The notes below the pieces were generated by a model that was given only the letters and a program-made list of their open reading frames with translations, did no database searches and was not told where the DNA came from. The position numbers and the translations under genes were made by a program. Positions 14,171 through 28,006 of a DNA stretch of 64,000 bases are shown here, one piece after another (within the stretch, counting starts at the first letter, position 1; each line of letters opens with the position of its first letter). Location of the stretch: the NCBI GenBank assembly GCA_964016885.1, contig OZ024746.1, positions 82,150,001-82,214,000 of the forward strand. The letters run 5' to 3'. The stretch is from Eledone cirrhosa. Lineage: Eukaryota.

Positions 14171-14687
14171 TAAATAAATAAATATATATATATATATATA
14201 TATGTAGCGAAATCTGTCCACGCCTTGAACCCTGGGTGACACAGAAAGGTCAAATTCCGGGTCACCTCCTTTTCGGCGTAATCAAGTTCATGCGTAGGCG
14301 ATCCCTCGAGGCGGGAAACAGAAAACGACAGGTATAAAAAGCCTGTATCATCCCACTTCTAACACAGAGAGATCGGAGCCGTACACCAGAGAATAGCTAT
14401 ATAAAACATTCACCTATAACTACAGGTCACTGGGGTCTACAGACAACCACAGACCTTTACTCCCTCTCCTGGTCTCAGACTACACCAGCATCATGAAGCA
14501 ACACCAAAAACACCTTCAACCGTTTATAACTGTTAATAACCTGTTCTTTGTTAATTTATGAAGTGAAGTGAAGTAAACCAGCCATTCGTGTTATTTCATC
14601 TAACGATAAATACTAATCATCTTCGCTTCGATTGGTGACTTCTGTTGATACACTATACACAGATACAAATAATACCCTTCGTTACAT

Positions 14688-14701
14688 TGGTGACCCCGTC
14701 G
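14688..14701 (+). promoter_or_regulatory. Primer binding site complementary to tRNA-Trp
   Basis: tggtgaccccgtcg directly after the 5' LTR versus canonical TGGTGACCCCGACG. Confidence 0.85.
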
Positions 14702-15980
14702 CAGGAACGAAATGTTCCCCTAAAAAAAAAATAAGAAGTGGTATTTTAAAAAAGAAAACAACACGTAACCTTTCTTTATTGTATCGACACACCTTGTAAA
14801 AACTTTTTTTTTTTTATATGCTGACATGACATCACGTTCTTTCCTTTCAATGAACCCGCATAAGAAAACATTCCTTGAAGAAAAATTAGCTGTATTTTAA
14901 AAAATTAATAGCGCGAAAAATTTTTTTATTTTTCAACATGGCTTCCATTGACAACATCAACAACTTTCTACACAGCAGCAACAGCGATGTGGCAGCGTTA
15001 CAGTCTTACCGCCGCAACTCACCACACCTTCGAATCACGGGAAAGGATCAATGAGAATTCAATCTTATGCAGCTTTCTCAGCAATCTATAATTACCAAGT
15101 TTCTCATATATATGGTATGATAAAACTTCACTTCTTCAAATTATTCACCAAACTTCGATTCTACGAAATATTTACAGTGACTTCGCTTCGATGTTTCAAT
15201 TCATTACCAAACACTTTACCACGTGTTTCGTAATCTCCAATAACAACAACAGACAACACTACTAGCTTCGTAGCAAAAAAACGATAACATTCTTATACCA
15301 AAAATATATATAAAAAAAAAAAAAAAAGAGCTCAGACATAAAGAAAAGAAAAACTGAACTTTTTGCAAAGAACAATTATAAAAATATATTTTTTTTTTAT
15401 AGGTTATATATGAACATTCATTTTTTTTTTTACTGTATTATATGCCTGCATGCACATACATGTTTTGCATCAAACGCGCATCATTTTCGTTTTACACACA
15501 AACAGTTTGTTACCTGTAATGTATGTTCTTGATTCAGTGGGGATTCTGTGAGATCACTTTTCACCTGGTTGAGGTACGGCAACAGCTATAAAAACATGAA
15601 ACTCACCCACACTGGGACTAAAAACTCGCCTGGCTTCACTCAGGCACGCAACTCAAAATTGCACACACTCATGTCATAGCGTAAACCTCGACTCACTGGA
15701 AAAACATCTTACGTATAATAATACATCGAGAGAAATAGTCCTCTGTATTATCATATCATAATCCGATACCGCAACCCCAAACGTTCGGCCATCCATACAC
15801 AACAGTGCGAAATACATGATCACAACTCTGTATATTTACAGCTTCTTCTAAATGTTACACGCATACACGCATACACAGTTATACTCTCTGCATTCGAAAT
15901 ACGGACACAGTACCCACATTTTGTATGTTTTGGGACACGCTTCTGGAATCAGATTTCGCTACCCCTTTTGTAATCGATCT

Positions 15981-15990
15981 GGGTAGGGAA
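15981..15990 (+). promoter_or_regulatory. Polypurine tract
   Basis: gggtagggaa 4 nt before the 3' LTR. Confidence 0.7.
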
Positions 15991-16508
15991 CTAATGTAGC
16001 GAAATCTGTCCACGCCTTGAACCCTGGGTGACACAGAAAGGTTAAATTCCGGGTCACCTCCTTTTCGGCGTAATCAAGTTCATGCGTGGGCGATCCCTCG
16101 AAGCGGGAAACAGAAAACGACAGGTATAAAAAGCCTGTATCATCCCACTTCTAACACAGAGAGATCGGAGCCGTACGCCAGAGAATAGCTATATAAAACA
16201 TTCACCTATAACTACAGGCCACTGGGGACTACAGACAACCACAAACCTTTACTCCCTCTCCTGGTCTCAGACTACACCAGCATCATGAAGCAACACCAAA
16301 AACACCTTCAACCGTTTATAACTGTTAATAACCTGTTCTTTGTTAATTTATGAAGTGAAGTGAAGTAAACCAGCCATTCGTGTTATTTCATCTAACGATA
16401 AATACTAACCATCTTCGCTTCAATTGGTGACTTCTGTTGATACACTATACACAGATACAAATAATACCCTTCGTTACACACACACACACATATATATATA
16501 TGTGTGTT

Positions 16509-16579
<71 letters not shown>

Positions 16580-16580
<1 letters not shown>

Positions 16581-16718
16581 CAAAGAAAGTGTGGTAAGAA
16601 ACCAAGTGGACCATAACGCACCAGAGTACTCGATACTTAAGGTAGTAGAGTGGGTAGTAGGAAAAGAGTGAGGACCCCGACGGCTGAGCTCCCGCCGTTT
16701 CGACAGATAGATCCGAAA
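16580..16718 (-). mobile_element. Family D PLE-like fragment with the 3' half of an HHR
   Basis: rc ...gtc-GAAA-cggc(gggagctca)gccg-TC-ggggtcc (GUC cleavage triplet, palindromic gagctc loop); (TA)n flanks; homologue at 34021-34163. Confidence 0.65.
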
Positions 16719-16732
16719 TATATATACACATA

Positions 16733-16865
<133 letters not shown>

Positions 16866-16882
16866 CTATATATATATATATA

Positions 16883-16971
<89 letters not shown>

Positions 16972-17329
16972 TGGGGGTACGACCTGAAATCTGTTCCGTC
17001 AGCTTAAAAATAAGAATAACAATGATATTCAACACCTTCAATTGGTCCTACAAGACACGATGTTGAAAATTCGGAATTACACAGACAATAGAATCAATTA
17101 TTGAACAGTTATTTTAGAATAATTTATATCTTCAATCATTAAAAGTAAACAACCTTAGTCGTGTTTCTTTACATATCTTTCCCACTGTAAAAAAAAAGAA
17201 AAACGTACAACGAAAAAAAAATCATATTTACCATCAACGAGATTGTCACATTATCTCCATGAACATGATTGACATGCGCAGGCGAGTTGGAAGTGATATC
17301 ATGACTGGCGGGTGTAAAATCAGTCGGCT

Positions 17330-17655
17330 GGAGTTACTTAACTCGACAGAGGGTGATCTCCATAGGTTTGATTCTGAGTGCTGCATGACTGGAATGAAAA
17401 TTAGTGCTGCTTAAACTGAGACGCTCGTCCTCTCAAGGAAGCCTGCGCAGTGAACTCTACATGTTTATGGAGTTCCACTGAAACAGGTAGAGAAGTTCAA
17501 GTATCTCGAGGCCGTGTTCGTGAGTGATGGAAAACAGGAGGCTGAATTAAATGCAAAAATTGCAACGGCTGGTGCAGTAATGTACTAGCTTCAGCATTCG
17601 GTAGTCGGAAGAAGGGAGATAGGTGTAAAGGTCAAACTCGCTATTTTCAATTTGA
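17330..17655 (+). pseudogene. RTE-clade LINE RT remnant
   Basis: GMKISAA*TETLVLSR and PLKQVEKFKYLEAVFVSDGKQEAELNAKIATAGAVM. Confidence 0.8.
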
Positions 17656-18804
17656 CAAAATGTAGCTTGCTTTTTTCGTGAACCTTTTCGCTTTCCGAGG
17701 GGGTGTGTGCCTCCATTTTGTTTTTTCAAAGAATTTTAGGGGAATAATTTACAAACGTAATTGCAATATTCGGGCCCAAGACCAAAATATTATGAGGTCA
17801 TCTTTTCTGGGGACAGTGTATGACGCTCTATTTACAGTTTATAACAAAGACTTTAACAAGAAACGTTATACAAACAAGTGAAAAACAACGCTTACAGGGT
17901 AAATGTATACATGACAATTACTTGAGAAACCAATAATAATAATAATTGTTTCTACTTTAGGCACAAGGCCAGCAATTACCCAGTACAATAATAATGAGTG
18001 GTACAGACGATATGAACTAAGTGTGAATTACCGGAAGGATGAAAGACTAAATCAATTTTATCATGACTCGGATTTATATTTGTAAAGTTCTTATCCTAGT
18101 AATACTGAGAACATCTAATTTGGAGCGATATATCTGAACCCGATATTAAATCTAAGTACAGTTGGACAAACAAACGTTCAATTATGTAATTATGATATAT
18201 TAGCACACAATTGGCTTCCATTTCGTTAACCTGTATACTTAGTTCTTTGAAATGTTCATTCAGTACAAATTCTTTAAAAGGTTATATCAGTCCTAAACAT
18301 ATCTGCATCTTGTTCGACTAAAATCCATTCTAAAACTGCTTTTCGTCTTTCGGGAATGCATTATAATGAGTGGAAAGAAAGGTTGTGTCTCGTAGCTCAA
18401 CTTATCGCTATATTCATTGAGACGCCTACTTGCTAAGAAATGTGTGTGGGAAATGCAAGCTAAAATTAGATGTGCATATTTGTCTCGCCTACCTTACCGG
18501 AAATAAGTAATTTCGTAGTATTAAGGAATCGAAGATGGAAACGTCAGGAAGATATTTCTTTTAGTGAAATCTAATGGATTAGGCGGCTTCTGGGAATACG
18601 TTAATTAGGTTAAAGATTCGAGATAGATATACTGATGTGAATAGTAAATTAATAATCAAATCTATAGTGATGGAAACTATTAGGATATTTTAATGAGGTT
18701 AGAATTCATAGGTTTTAACCTTTCTTGTTTTTAGCAATTGTCAGTGCTCACAATGCCAGTTACCAAACATACATACATACATACATACATACATACATAC
18801 ATAC

Positions 18805-18955
18805 ATGGTGGCTGCCAACTCGTTTTCGAGTACGGCCACTACTTTACATCCATGTAGGAGAACCCCTACCGATGCGCTGAACGAGTGTGACTTTTTAGTC
18901 CAGCCAAAGACTTGAAAACTCTGGTATAAACACTACACTTGTGACAATTATTGAC
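18805..18955 (-). mobile_element. RTE-derived non-autonomous element family 1, 5'-truncated
   Basis: Matches the 3' part of 27312-27925; embedded in (TACA)n. Confidence 0.85.
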
Positions 18956-18984
18956 ATACATACATACATACATACATACATACA

Positions 18985-19015
<31 letters not shown>

Positions 19016-19108
19016 GCATGCATACATACATATATACATACATACATGATGGCTACCCCCTTCATTATCGAGTATGTCCATTGTACGAAAAAAAAACATA
19101 ATAACGAC

Positions 19109-19199
<91 letters not shown>

Positions 19200-19202
<3 letters not shown>

Positions 19203-19684
19203 GGAGTATAACTTGGCTTGGAGTTACTGTAGGTTCACCCGGGTGAGCACTCGATGTATAGGTTCACTTCTGTGTTGAGGTGTAGAGCTATACAGAGTGT
19301 ATTATATTGAAAAGATAACAAGGACCATTGGTTACTCCTTCATTACATTTATTGGTAGGTGACGCGCGTTTCGCCACTGATCAGCTCAACGTTCGATCTG
19401 TATCGATCTTACCCGACTCAATAATCCGCAGCTCGGCGGACCCCTTAAAATGGTAGTAGAAATTTTTTTTTTTTTTTTTTTTTTTCTACAAGCATCTTTT
19501 CTCTTTTTCTACTAGCATTTTGTTTTTCTACTAGCATTTTAAGGGGTCCGTTGAGCTGAGGATTATTGAGTCGGGTAAGATCGATACAGATCTAACCTTG
19601 AGCTGATCAGTGGCGAAACGCGCGTCACCTACCAATAAATGTAATGAAGGAGTAACTTATCGTCCTTGTTATCTTTTCAATATA
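19200..19684. mobile_element. Family E PLE-like element with ~160-bp inverted arms and HHR 3' half
   Basis: Arms 19304-19462 and 19525-19683; GAAA-cgcgcg-TC at 19615-19626 (palindromic stem III, GUC); (TA)n flanks. Confidence 0.7.
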
Positions 19685-19728
19685 TATATATGTATATGTG
19701 TATATATATGTGTATATATATATATGTG

Positions 19729-19957
<229 letters not shown>

Positions 19958-20074
19958 TGACGGTATTTTAACGATAGTTATAGCTCTGATTTATCTGAAT
20001 TATTGAGCCCTCTGCCGCTCATTTCGAATTTTGTTTATCGTGAACTCGTGCGCCGATTTTTCGATACTCGATCA

Positions 20075-20124
<50 letters not shown>

Positions 20125-20199
20125 AACATATACACATCTATATATACACATACACATACATACAAACGCGCGCGCATGCACACGAAAACATTTAACAGT

Positions 20200-20356
20200 T
20201 CTGCGATCGAATATGGCTTTTTAGCCCAGCCAATGATCTAAAATGTCTTGTACGGAGTTGGCAACCAAAACATTCACTCGTTCACTGGGAATAGCCGGCT
20301 GTGGCTGGAGTTCATGTACTTTTGCATATCGTTTGAGCCCTCCTGCTGATTTACAT
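20200..20356 (-). pseudogene. RTE LINE C-terminal zinc-finger fragment
   Basis: rc CKSAGGLKRYAKVH followed by a second degenerate finger with a .SLAGLK-like segment; abuts (TACA)n. Confidence 0.5.
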
Positions 20357-20465
20357 ACATACGTACGTACGTACATACATACATACATACATACATACAT
20401 ACATACATACATACATACATACATACATACATACATACATACATACATACATACATACATACATA

Positions 20466-21523
20466 GTAACACTGAAGCAACACCTTCAACAGAGGGAAAA
20501 GGTTGGCAACCATCTTGCCCAGGTTTATGAGCATGAAAAAAAAAATATCATTAGAATAGAGACTGATCTGGAGGAGAGATATGGAATAAAGCCTGATATA
20601 AATCTCTCACCCAGAGAAATCGGAAGATCCTATTCAATGTTCAAACAAGATAAAAAAAAATTGACCAATTTACAGAAAAAGTTGTGCATGGATACTTGAG
20701 GCGTAAAACACAGACCACAGAGGGGATAAACCACTCAAAAAGCCTGGCATGGAGTTCCGACAAGTTTATGACATCACACCTTGAGGGATATCTCTATGCA
20801 ATACAGGAACAAGAACTCCCTACCAAATATCTGCTGCACAAAAGAGGAGGGACAGCAGCTGACAATAAATGTAGGCTATGTAAAACAAAGATCGAGGATG
20901 TAAGCCACATTGTTGCCAGCTGCGAAAGAATGTCATCTCGCTACTACCTCCCCATGAGACACGATGGGATAGCTAGAACCATCTGGAACGCACTTCGGAA
21001 AACAAAATTAACAACAAACGAGGAAGAATATATTGAGACAGATGGCACTAAGGAATACTGATGGAACCTGAAAATAAAAACTGCCACCAAATTAAAGCAC
21101 AACCGGCCTGATATTGTTGTTTGGGATCACACATTGAAAACGTGTTCTGTTGTAGAGATCAGCTGCCCACTTGATGTAAACGTTGTCAGAAAAATACAGG
21201 AGAAGGAGGACATCTACGGACCATTGATGAGGAGTTTACAAATCCAGTATCCAAGATACACCTTTAGCTTCATACCCATCATTATTGGTGCTACGGGTTA
21301 TATACCAACCCACTTGGACCAAAGTATGACTGAACTTGGATTTGCGAACAAAAAGCGCAGCTCCCTAATTCATAGTCTACAAATGGCTGCGATAGCTGGC
21401 ACCTTCAAAATTTGCAGAACATTCTTGCGATTCAAGGGATGACAATTTCTTTTCTTTTACAACCTTGCCACCAGGAAGGTGGCCGGTCAAAAAAATATAC
21501 TCGAAATTAAGAGAAAGAGATAA
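20466..21523 (+). mobile_element. R4/Dong-clade LINE, 5'-truncated, inserted in (TACA)n
   Basis: ORFs 20684-21061 and 21134-21442 are in the same frame, split by one TGA: MHGY, AIQEQ, CRLC..E...H...C knuckle, RHD, HNRPDIVVWD, EISCP.D..K...Y (RLE). Confidence 0.88.
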
Positions 21524-21540
21524 CATACATACATACATAC

Positions 21541-21870
21541 ATGATGGCTGCCCCCTCGTTATCGAGTATGGCCGTTGCACGATATACCATTATTAATAAT
21601 TATTAATTAATTCTATCGTGCAATGCCTGTGCGTTTTTTAAAGTGAGGAAAAACTGTGCACTGAGCCAATCCCACTCTGAGCGACAGTAGCTATAACCCG
21701 AAAAGAAGAAAAGATCAACATCATCGGTAACTACTGAGCCGCAGGTTTTATATCGGAGTTATCCGAGTTTCCTGAATTGCCTTCTCCTAGAAGAATGCCC
21801 TGACAAAGGCTAGGTGTCCTTCACCCCCAGTGGTTTAACCGCACCATCGAGTGTCCAGTCCGACTATTTC
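21541..21870 (-). mobile_element. RTE-derived non-autonomous element family 2
   Basis: Shares ccttctcctagaa, gacaaaggctag, cccactct and tcaacatcat blocks with family 1; second copy at 37405-37741, stub at 19046-19088; in TACA arrays. Confidence 0.75.
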
Positions 21871-22121
21871 TATGTCCCCGCGCATATACATACATATGTA
21901 CATGTGTATATATATACATACATACATACATGCATGCATGCATGCATACATACATACATACATACATACATACATACATACATACATACATACATACATA
22001 CATACATACATACATACATACATACGTACGTACATACATACATACATACATACATACATAAATACATACATACATACATACATACATACATACATACATA
22101 CATACATACATACATACATAC

Positions 22122-22453
22122 ATGGTGGCTGCGAACTCGTTTTCGAGTACGGCCACTACTTTATATCCATGTAGGAGAACGCCTACCGATGCGCTGACGA
22201 GTATGACTTTTTAGTCCAGCCAGCGACTTGAAAACTCTGGTACAAACACTACACTTGTGACAATTATTGACAGAGTGCTGGGCCTATGGCACCATGTGAC
22301 AACAAGTGCAGAGAGATCTCCAGATATAAAGCAATGCCTGTGCTGTGAAGCTTTTATAGTGAGCAAAGGCACTGCACAAAGCCAGTCCCACTCTCTTAAC
22401 CAAGATGATATTTACCAAAAAGAAGAACAAGTCAACATCATTGGATACCATCA
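22122..22453 (-). mobile_element. RTE-derived element family 1
   Basis: Near-identical to 27312-27645; TACA flanks. Confidence 0.88.
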
Positions 22454-22490
22454 TACATACATACATACACATATATATATACATACATAC

Positions 22491-22819
22491 ATGGTGGCTG
22501 CCAACTCGTTTTCGAGTAGGGCCACTACTTTATATCCACGTAGGAGAACCCCCACCGATGCGCTGAACGAGTGTGACTTTTTAGTCCAGCCAGCGACTTG
22601 AAAACTCTGGTACAAACACTACACCTGTGACAATTATTGACACATAGTGCTGGGCCCATGGTACCATGTAACGACAAGTGCAGAGAGATCTCCAGATACA
22701 AAGCAATGCCTGTGCTGTGAAGCTTTTCTAGTGAGCAAAGGCACTGCACAAAGCCAGTCCCACTCTCTTAACCAAGATGATATTTGCCAAAAAGAATAAC
22801 AAGTCAACATCATTGGATA
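22491..22819 (-). mobile_element. RTE-derived element family 1
   Basis: Near-identical to neighbouring copies; TACA flanks. Confidence 0.88.
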
Positions 22820-22884
22820 CATACATACATACATACATACATACATACATACATACATACATACATACATACATACATACATAC

Positions 22885-23546
22885 ACATTAAAAGCTACAA
22901 CAATGTGGAAGACATCCATGTACATAATATGAAAGAGTACTGGTGGAATGTTCCAGTAAAAACCCCAATAAAATGCAGGCATAACAGACCAGATATTATG
23001 ATATGGGACAGGAAGAAGAAAACATGCACAGTAGTGGAAATTAACTGCCCAGCAGATGCCAATATAATATCAAAGATTAGTGAAAAGGAGAATATTTATG
23101 CAGAACTGATGAGAAATCTGCATATACTCCACCTTGATTACACCTTCAGATTTATGCCTGTGATTATTGGGGCACTGGGGTATGTTAGTAACTGCCTCAA
23201 TACTAATCTTGAGAAGCTAGGCTTCACAGGAACAGAAAGAACACAACTAGTTAGGAAACTACAATCCATTAATGGAACAGTAAAAATATGTAAAACATTC
23301 CAAAAATTTTGCATCTAATAACTGCATATACACATGTACAGATACTAAGCATATACACATGCACACATACAACTCAAAACATCCACATCCACACATACAA
23401 TAACATCCATATCTACACATGCATGCATACATACATATCTACCTAGCTGATGTTGTGTAAATTCCAATGAGAGAGTCTTGTGTCTATGTTAGAAACCGAC
23501 TCTCTTTCTATTGGTAAAACTTTGTGAAATTATAAAACCAGAAGAA
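22885..23546 (+). mobile_element. R4/Dong-clade LINE family 2, 5'-truncated
   Basis: ORF 22905-23318 EYWWN..HNRPDIMIWD..VVEINCPAD..EKENIY..PVIIGALG (RLE); 3' UTR ends aaaccagaagaa then (CATA)n. Confidence 0.88.
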
Positions 23547-26476
23547 CATACATACATACATACATACATACATACATACATACATACATACATACATACA
23601 TACATACACACATACATACATACATACATATACGTACGTATGTATGTGTCTCATTGCAGTGTCCCTACGACTCCAACAGGAGTTACGGCTCCATAAATAT
23701 ACAAAACACGAGTAATGAATCTATTATCTTTGAAATATTCATGTTTATGTATATTGATTAATTTTTATGAAGTACCAGAGCTCTTTTGATAATTTTTCAA
23801 CAGTGAATATTGTAGAGAATTAATTCAGCACTAATTTATTGTTGGCGTTCATTTAATGAACAAAATGGAATAAAAGGAAAATCTACCTCAGTGTAATTTG
23901 AAAATGAACTAAGTGTTTCAAATTTTGTGTGAAGTCATAAATAATTTTTATTTCTAGCATTTGCACAACGGCAAGCCATTTCAATGCAGATACAAACTAA
24001 TTAAATCGAAGTCGGAAGAATGAAAAGCAAAGTTGACCACACGAGAAATTGATCTCAAATCGCAATTAGGTATTTTCACCTACTCTGCTGATTTTGCCAT
24101 CAATCCTTTTCAAGAAAGTGTTGTTTTATCATTGTTTTACAAAGAGTGTAAAAACATTCTGTATTTTCATTAGTTTATATTTTTACCCACCTAGATTTAT
24201 CAACTTATTCCAAGCTTCCACTTTCATCTCAAAGTTCTGAAAATCACTAGCGTAGATGTTTATTTATTCATAAACCCAATTTTGGATATTTTTATTTCTC
24301 TGTCTTTGTAATTGGATGTTTTACAGAGTTCCTTCGAGTATATCAGTCTTGTTCATATGAATGTATATTTTGTTTCACTTATAGATATGCCTTGTGTTAC
24401 AAAAGATTTACCTTCTACAATTAGACTGAATACACGATATGAGTTAACACCACGTCTCTCAGGGGGAAAAACAGATTTTTTACTTTTACTTTTCTTTAAC
24501 AGAACCTCAGATTTATTAGTAATCCTCATCTGTTGTCGTGGAAACAATAAGAATGTCACTTTCGTTTATTTCGTGTATAATTTTACGAAATGTGTTTCCA
24601 AATCAAGAAATACTTTTGAAAGAAGTACACTTGAGGTAAATTAGATATAGATTAAGATGTTTTACGGTACCAATTCTATTTCCGATTTCCAAGTCCGCAA
24701 TGGTTGACAATGAATTTCTTTTTGCTTTCAAAAACCCATAAGTCAGAAACCAATAAGCTTCATACCATTATAATCGTATATCATATTACGCCTTGGTACC
24801 AAATGAAACGTAGAATACGGAAGAGAGCGTTTTATTTTGTAATGGATATGTTCCTGTATGGCTGATACGATCCTGTATTCAATTATATTAAATACATTTT
24901 TTTCTACAAACTTTCGTTGTGATAACTTTATTTTTAAAATACTCCTAAATAATTTTTGGCTTTCTCATTGCCTGCTACTACCGTAATGTTTTCCATCCGA
25001 CATATTCACCCACCAAGAAATTAGATAGTGTTATTTTATTTCCAAGTTGTTTCTTGCTTGGTTGCTTACAAGAGTATCTAGGGTTGTATCACAGAATATA
25101 CTGATGCCAGGAAGTTCAATATTTTTTGTATTATTATTAATCATTACTAAACAAAATATACATTTTTTCTGTTTTCCAGACTTTGTGCTGCTAGTGAGTT
25201 ATTCAGATATACGTAAAACGAGTTATGGGTTATATGAAAATGAAATCATTCTCACAAAAAATGGAGAAATACAATAAGATCAGTTCACAATATTTTCTAG
25301 GTATTAGTGCCTATCTTAATATTTAGCAGTGCAAAGTACATTCAAATATAAACCGTATATAATGAAATATCTCTGCTTTATTTCTTACTGTTTTATTTCA
25401 TATTGAATCAAATATCTCTTCCGATTATATGACAATTCCTGGCCTTATAAAACACAAGTACTTCATTCTTTTTTGGAAAGAGTTCTCTTACAACAGAGAC
25501 CGAATTCAAGTTGTTACTAACGTTTCTTCTATAGATAGATTTTATCTAATTCTTATATCACTAAATTACCGTTGCCTCGATTTCCCTGTCTACTCTTGTA
25601 TATCAACGGCCATTTTTCTGCTGACATTTCTGAAATATCACAGTGTTCACTGTATTCATCTTTTTCCATCCAACCCCTTCTACGACATCAGTCCCCCCTC
25701 TGAAGATATAACATACCTAGTACCTTTCCTTTTATCATTATGGATCTCCTTTCCTGTCCTTATATCCCCGCGTTGTATTAATCTTTAGCACTTCATAAAA
25801 ATATCAACCATATCAATCTCAAAAATGCCAACAGAGTTACATAATATAACGTAATAAAAAAATAGGTTTTTATTAAATGGCAATAAAATTACCCAGCTAA
25901 GCCCGCTAAATAAGAATAGATACATTGCTAACATGAACATAGCCATTAGAAAATAGAACACACTCTTCCAAATTCTACGCTTCATTTTGTACCAGAACAT
26001 AAGACGATATGAGACCATAATGGTGCAAACTGAATGAAGGATTAATGATCTCTTATCATCTAAGATAACTTCTCTCTTACAAAAAGATTGCATGGTATTT
26101 ATTTAGAATGGAGAATCATAAGAATCGATTAAATCGACTTTACTTCTATCTGAAAATTGTTGGCATTATGTCAGAGCTAAAAATCAATATAGCACAATAT
26201 TATTTGCACTGATTTCTTTATGAAAAGAATAATTTATTCCAGTAGAAAAACAGGTACAAAACGGCTTTCAACTTTCATTGGGATGATTCTTTCAACGTAT
26301 CTCCCTGGCTTTCCTCCGAAGCAGAATAAGTGAACGTAAGAATGTGACAACCTTTCAGACTGCTTCATGCTGTTACCATTGGTCACTACATACATACATA
26401 CATACATACATACATACATACATACATACATACATACATACATACATACATACATACATACATACATACATACATA

Positions 26477-27222
26477 CCTATGAGGCATGATGTAGTGGCC
26501 AAAACACTGTACAATGCAATCCGTAGAAAAGGTATCCCCGATAATAAACACATTAAAAGCTACAGCAATGTGGAAGTCATACATATACATGATATGAAAG
26601 AGTACTGGTGTAATGTTCCAGTAAAACCCCCAATAAAATGCAGGCATAACAGACCAGATATTATGATATTGGACAGGGAAAAGAAGGCATGCACAGTAGT
26701 GGAAGTTAGCTGTGCAGCAGATGCCAATATAATATCAAAGATTAGCGAAAATGAGAATATTTATGCAGAACTGATGAGAAATCTGCAGATACTCCACCCT
26801 GATTATGCCTTTTTTATGCCTGTGATTATTGGGGCACTGGGATATGTTAATAACAGCCTCAATACTAATCTTGAAAAGCTAGGTTCCACAGGAATAGAAA
26901 GAACACAACTAGTTAGGAAATTACAAGTACAATCCTTTAATGGAACAGTAAAAATATGTAAAACATTGCAAAAATGTTGCATCTAATAACTGCATATACA
27001 CATGTACAGATACTAAGCATATACACATGCACACATACAACTCAAAACATACACATCCACACATACAATAACATCCATATCTACACATGTATGCATGCAG
27101 ACATGCATACATATCTACCTAGTTGATGCTGTGTAAATTCCAATGAGAGAGTCTTGTGTCTATGTTAGAAACCGATTCTCTCTCTAATAGCAAAAATTTA
27201 TGAAATTATAAAACCAGAAGAA
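26477..27222 (+). mobile_element. R4/Dong-clade LINE family 2, 5'-truncated
   Basis: ORF 26480-26986 MRHD..HNRPDI..VEVSC; same 3' end as the 22885 copy; (TACA)n on both sides. Confidence 0.88.
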
Positions 27223-27311
27223 CATACATACATACATACATACATACATACATACATACATACATACATACATACATACATACATACATACATACATACA
27301 TACATACATAC

Positions 27312-27925
27312 ATGGTGGCTGCCAACCCGTTTTCGAGTACGGCCACTACTTTATATCCATGTAGGAGAACCCCTACCGATGCGCTGAACGAGTGTGGCTT
27401 TTTAGTCCAGCCAGCGACTTGAAAACTCTGGTACAAACAGTACACCTGTGACAATTATTGACACATAGTGCTGGGTCCATGGTACCATGTGACGACAAGT
27501 GCAGAGAGATCTCCAGATATAAAGCAATGCCTGTGTCGTGAGCTTTTATAGTGAGCAAAGGCACTGCACAAAGCCAGTCCCACTCTCTTAACCAAGATGA
27601 TATTTACCAAAAAGAAGAACAAGTCAACATCATTGGATACCATCAGGGTTGCAGGTGTTATATCAGAGTTTTCCTTCTCCTAGAATTCTGCCTTGACAAA
27701 GGCTAAGGGGTCATCTCTCCCGGTGATTTTGGATGGCCATTGACTCTTAAGAGCTCCGTTGCCCTTTGACAGGTTTTGTTTTTAGTCCTGCAGGATGTCC
27801 AAAGTCACCCTCCTCACCAAGAAACCTTGGTGGGGTTGCCAGTTTAGTCGCCAACGACCCGACCATGGGACAGGTTGTACTGGAATACATGTTACCAGTA
27901 CCACCAACTGGTGACCTGACATAAA
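27312..27925 (-). mobile_element. Longest RTE-derived bipartite non-autonomous element (family 1, ~615 bp)
   Basis: rc carries the RTE 5'-type motif ctaggagaaggaaaactctgat, then the RTE 3' zinc finger [22 protein letters not shown], a stem-loop and a (TGTA)n tail; no RT. Confidence 0.8.
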
Positions 27926-28006
27926 CATACATACATACATACATACATACATACATACATACATACATACATACATACATACATACATACATACATACAT
28001 AAGGGC

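Larger units (their letters stand above)
14203..16478 (+). mobile_element. Non-autonomous LTR retrotransposon (two 484-bp LTRs, ~1.3 kb non-coding interior)
   Basis: LTRs 14203-14686 and 15995-16478 with TG...CA ends and terminal IR tgtagcgaa/ttcgttaca; about 9 substitutions counted by eye; PBS and PPT present; no long ORF inside. Confidence 0.93.

Noticed and set aside
23470-23510. Hairpin containing GAAA in the Dong 3' UTR as a hammerhead
   Set aside because: No properly placed CUGANGA core; more likely an RT-recognition stem-loop
24300-26390. Repeat-poor stretch with several 70-120 aa ORFs, weakly transposase-like near 25785-26093
   Set aside because: No diagnostic motif or clear exon structure; needs tblastx or RNA-seq
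27373-27564. C2H2 zinc-finger gene
   Set aside because: Single finger within a multi-copy RTE-derived repeat
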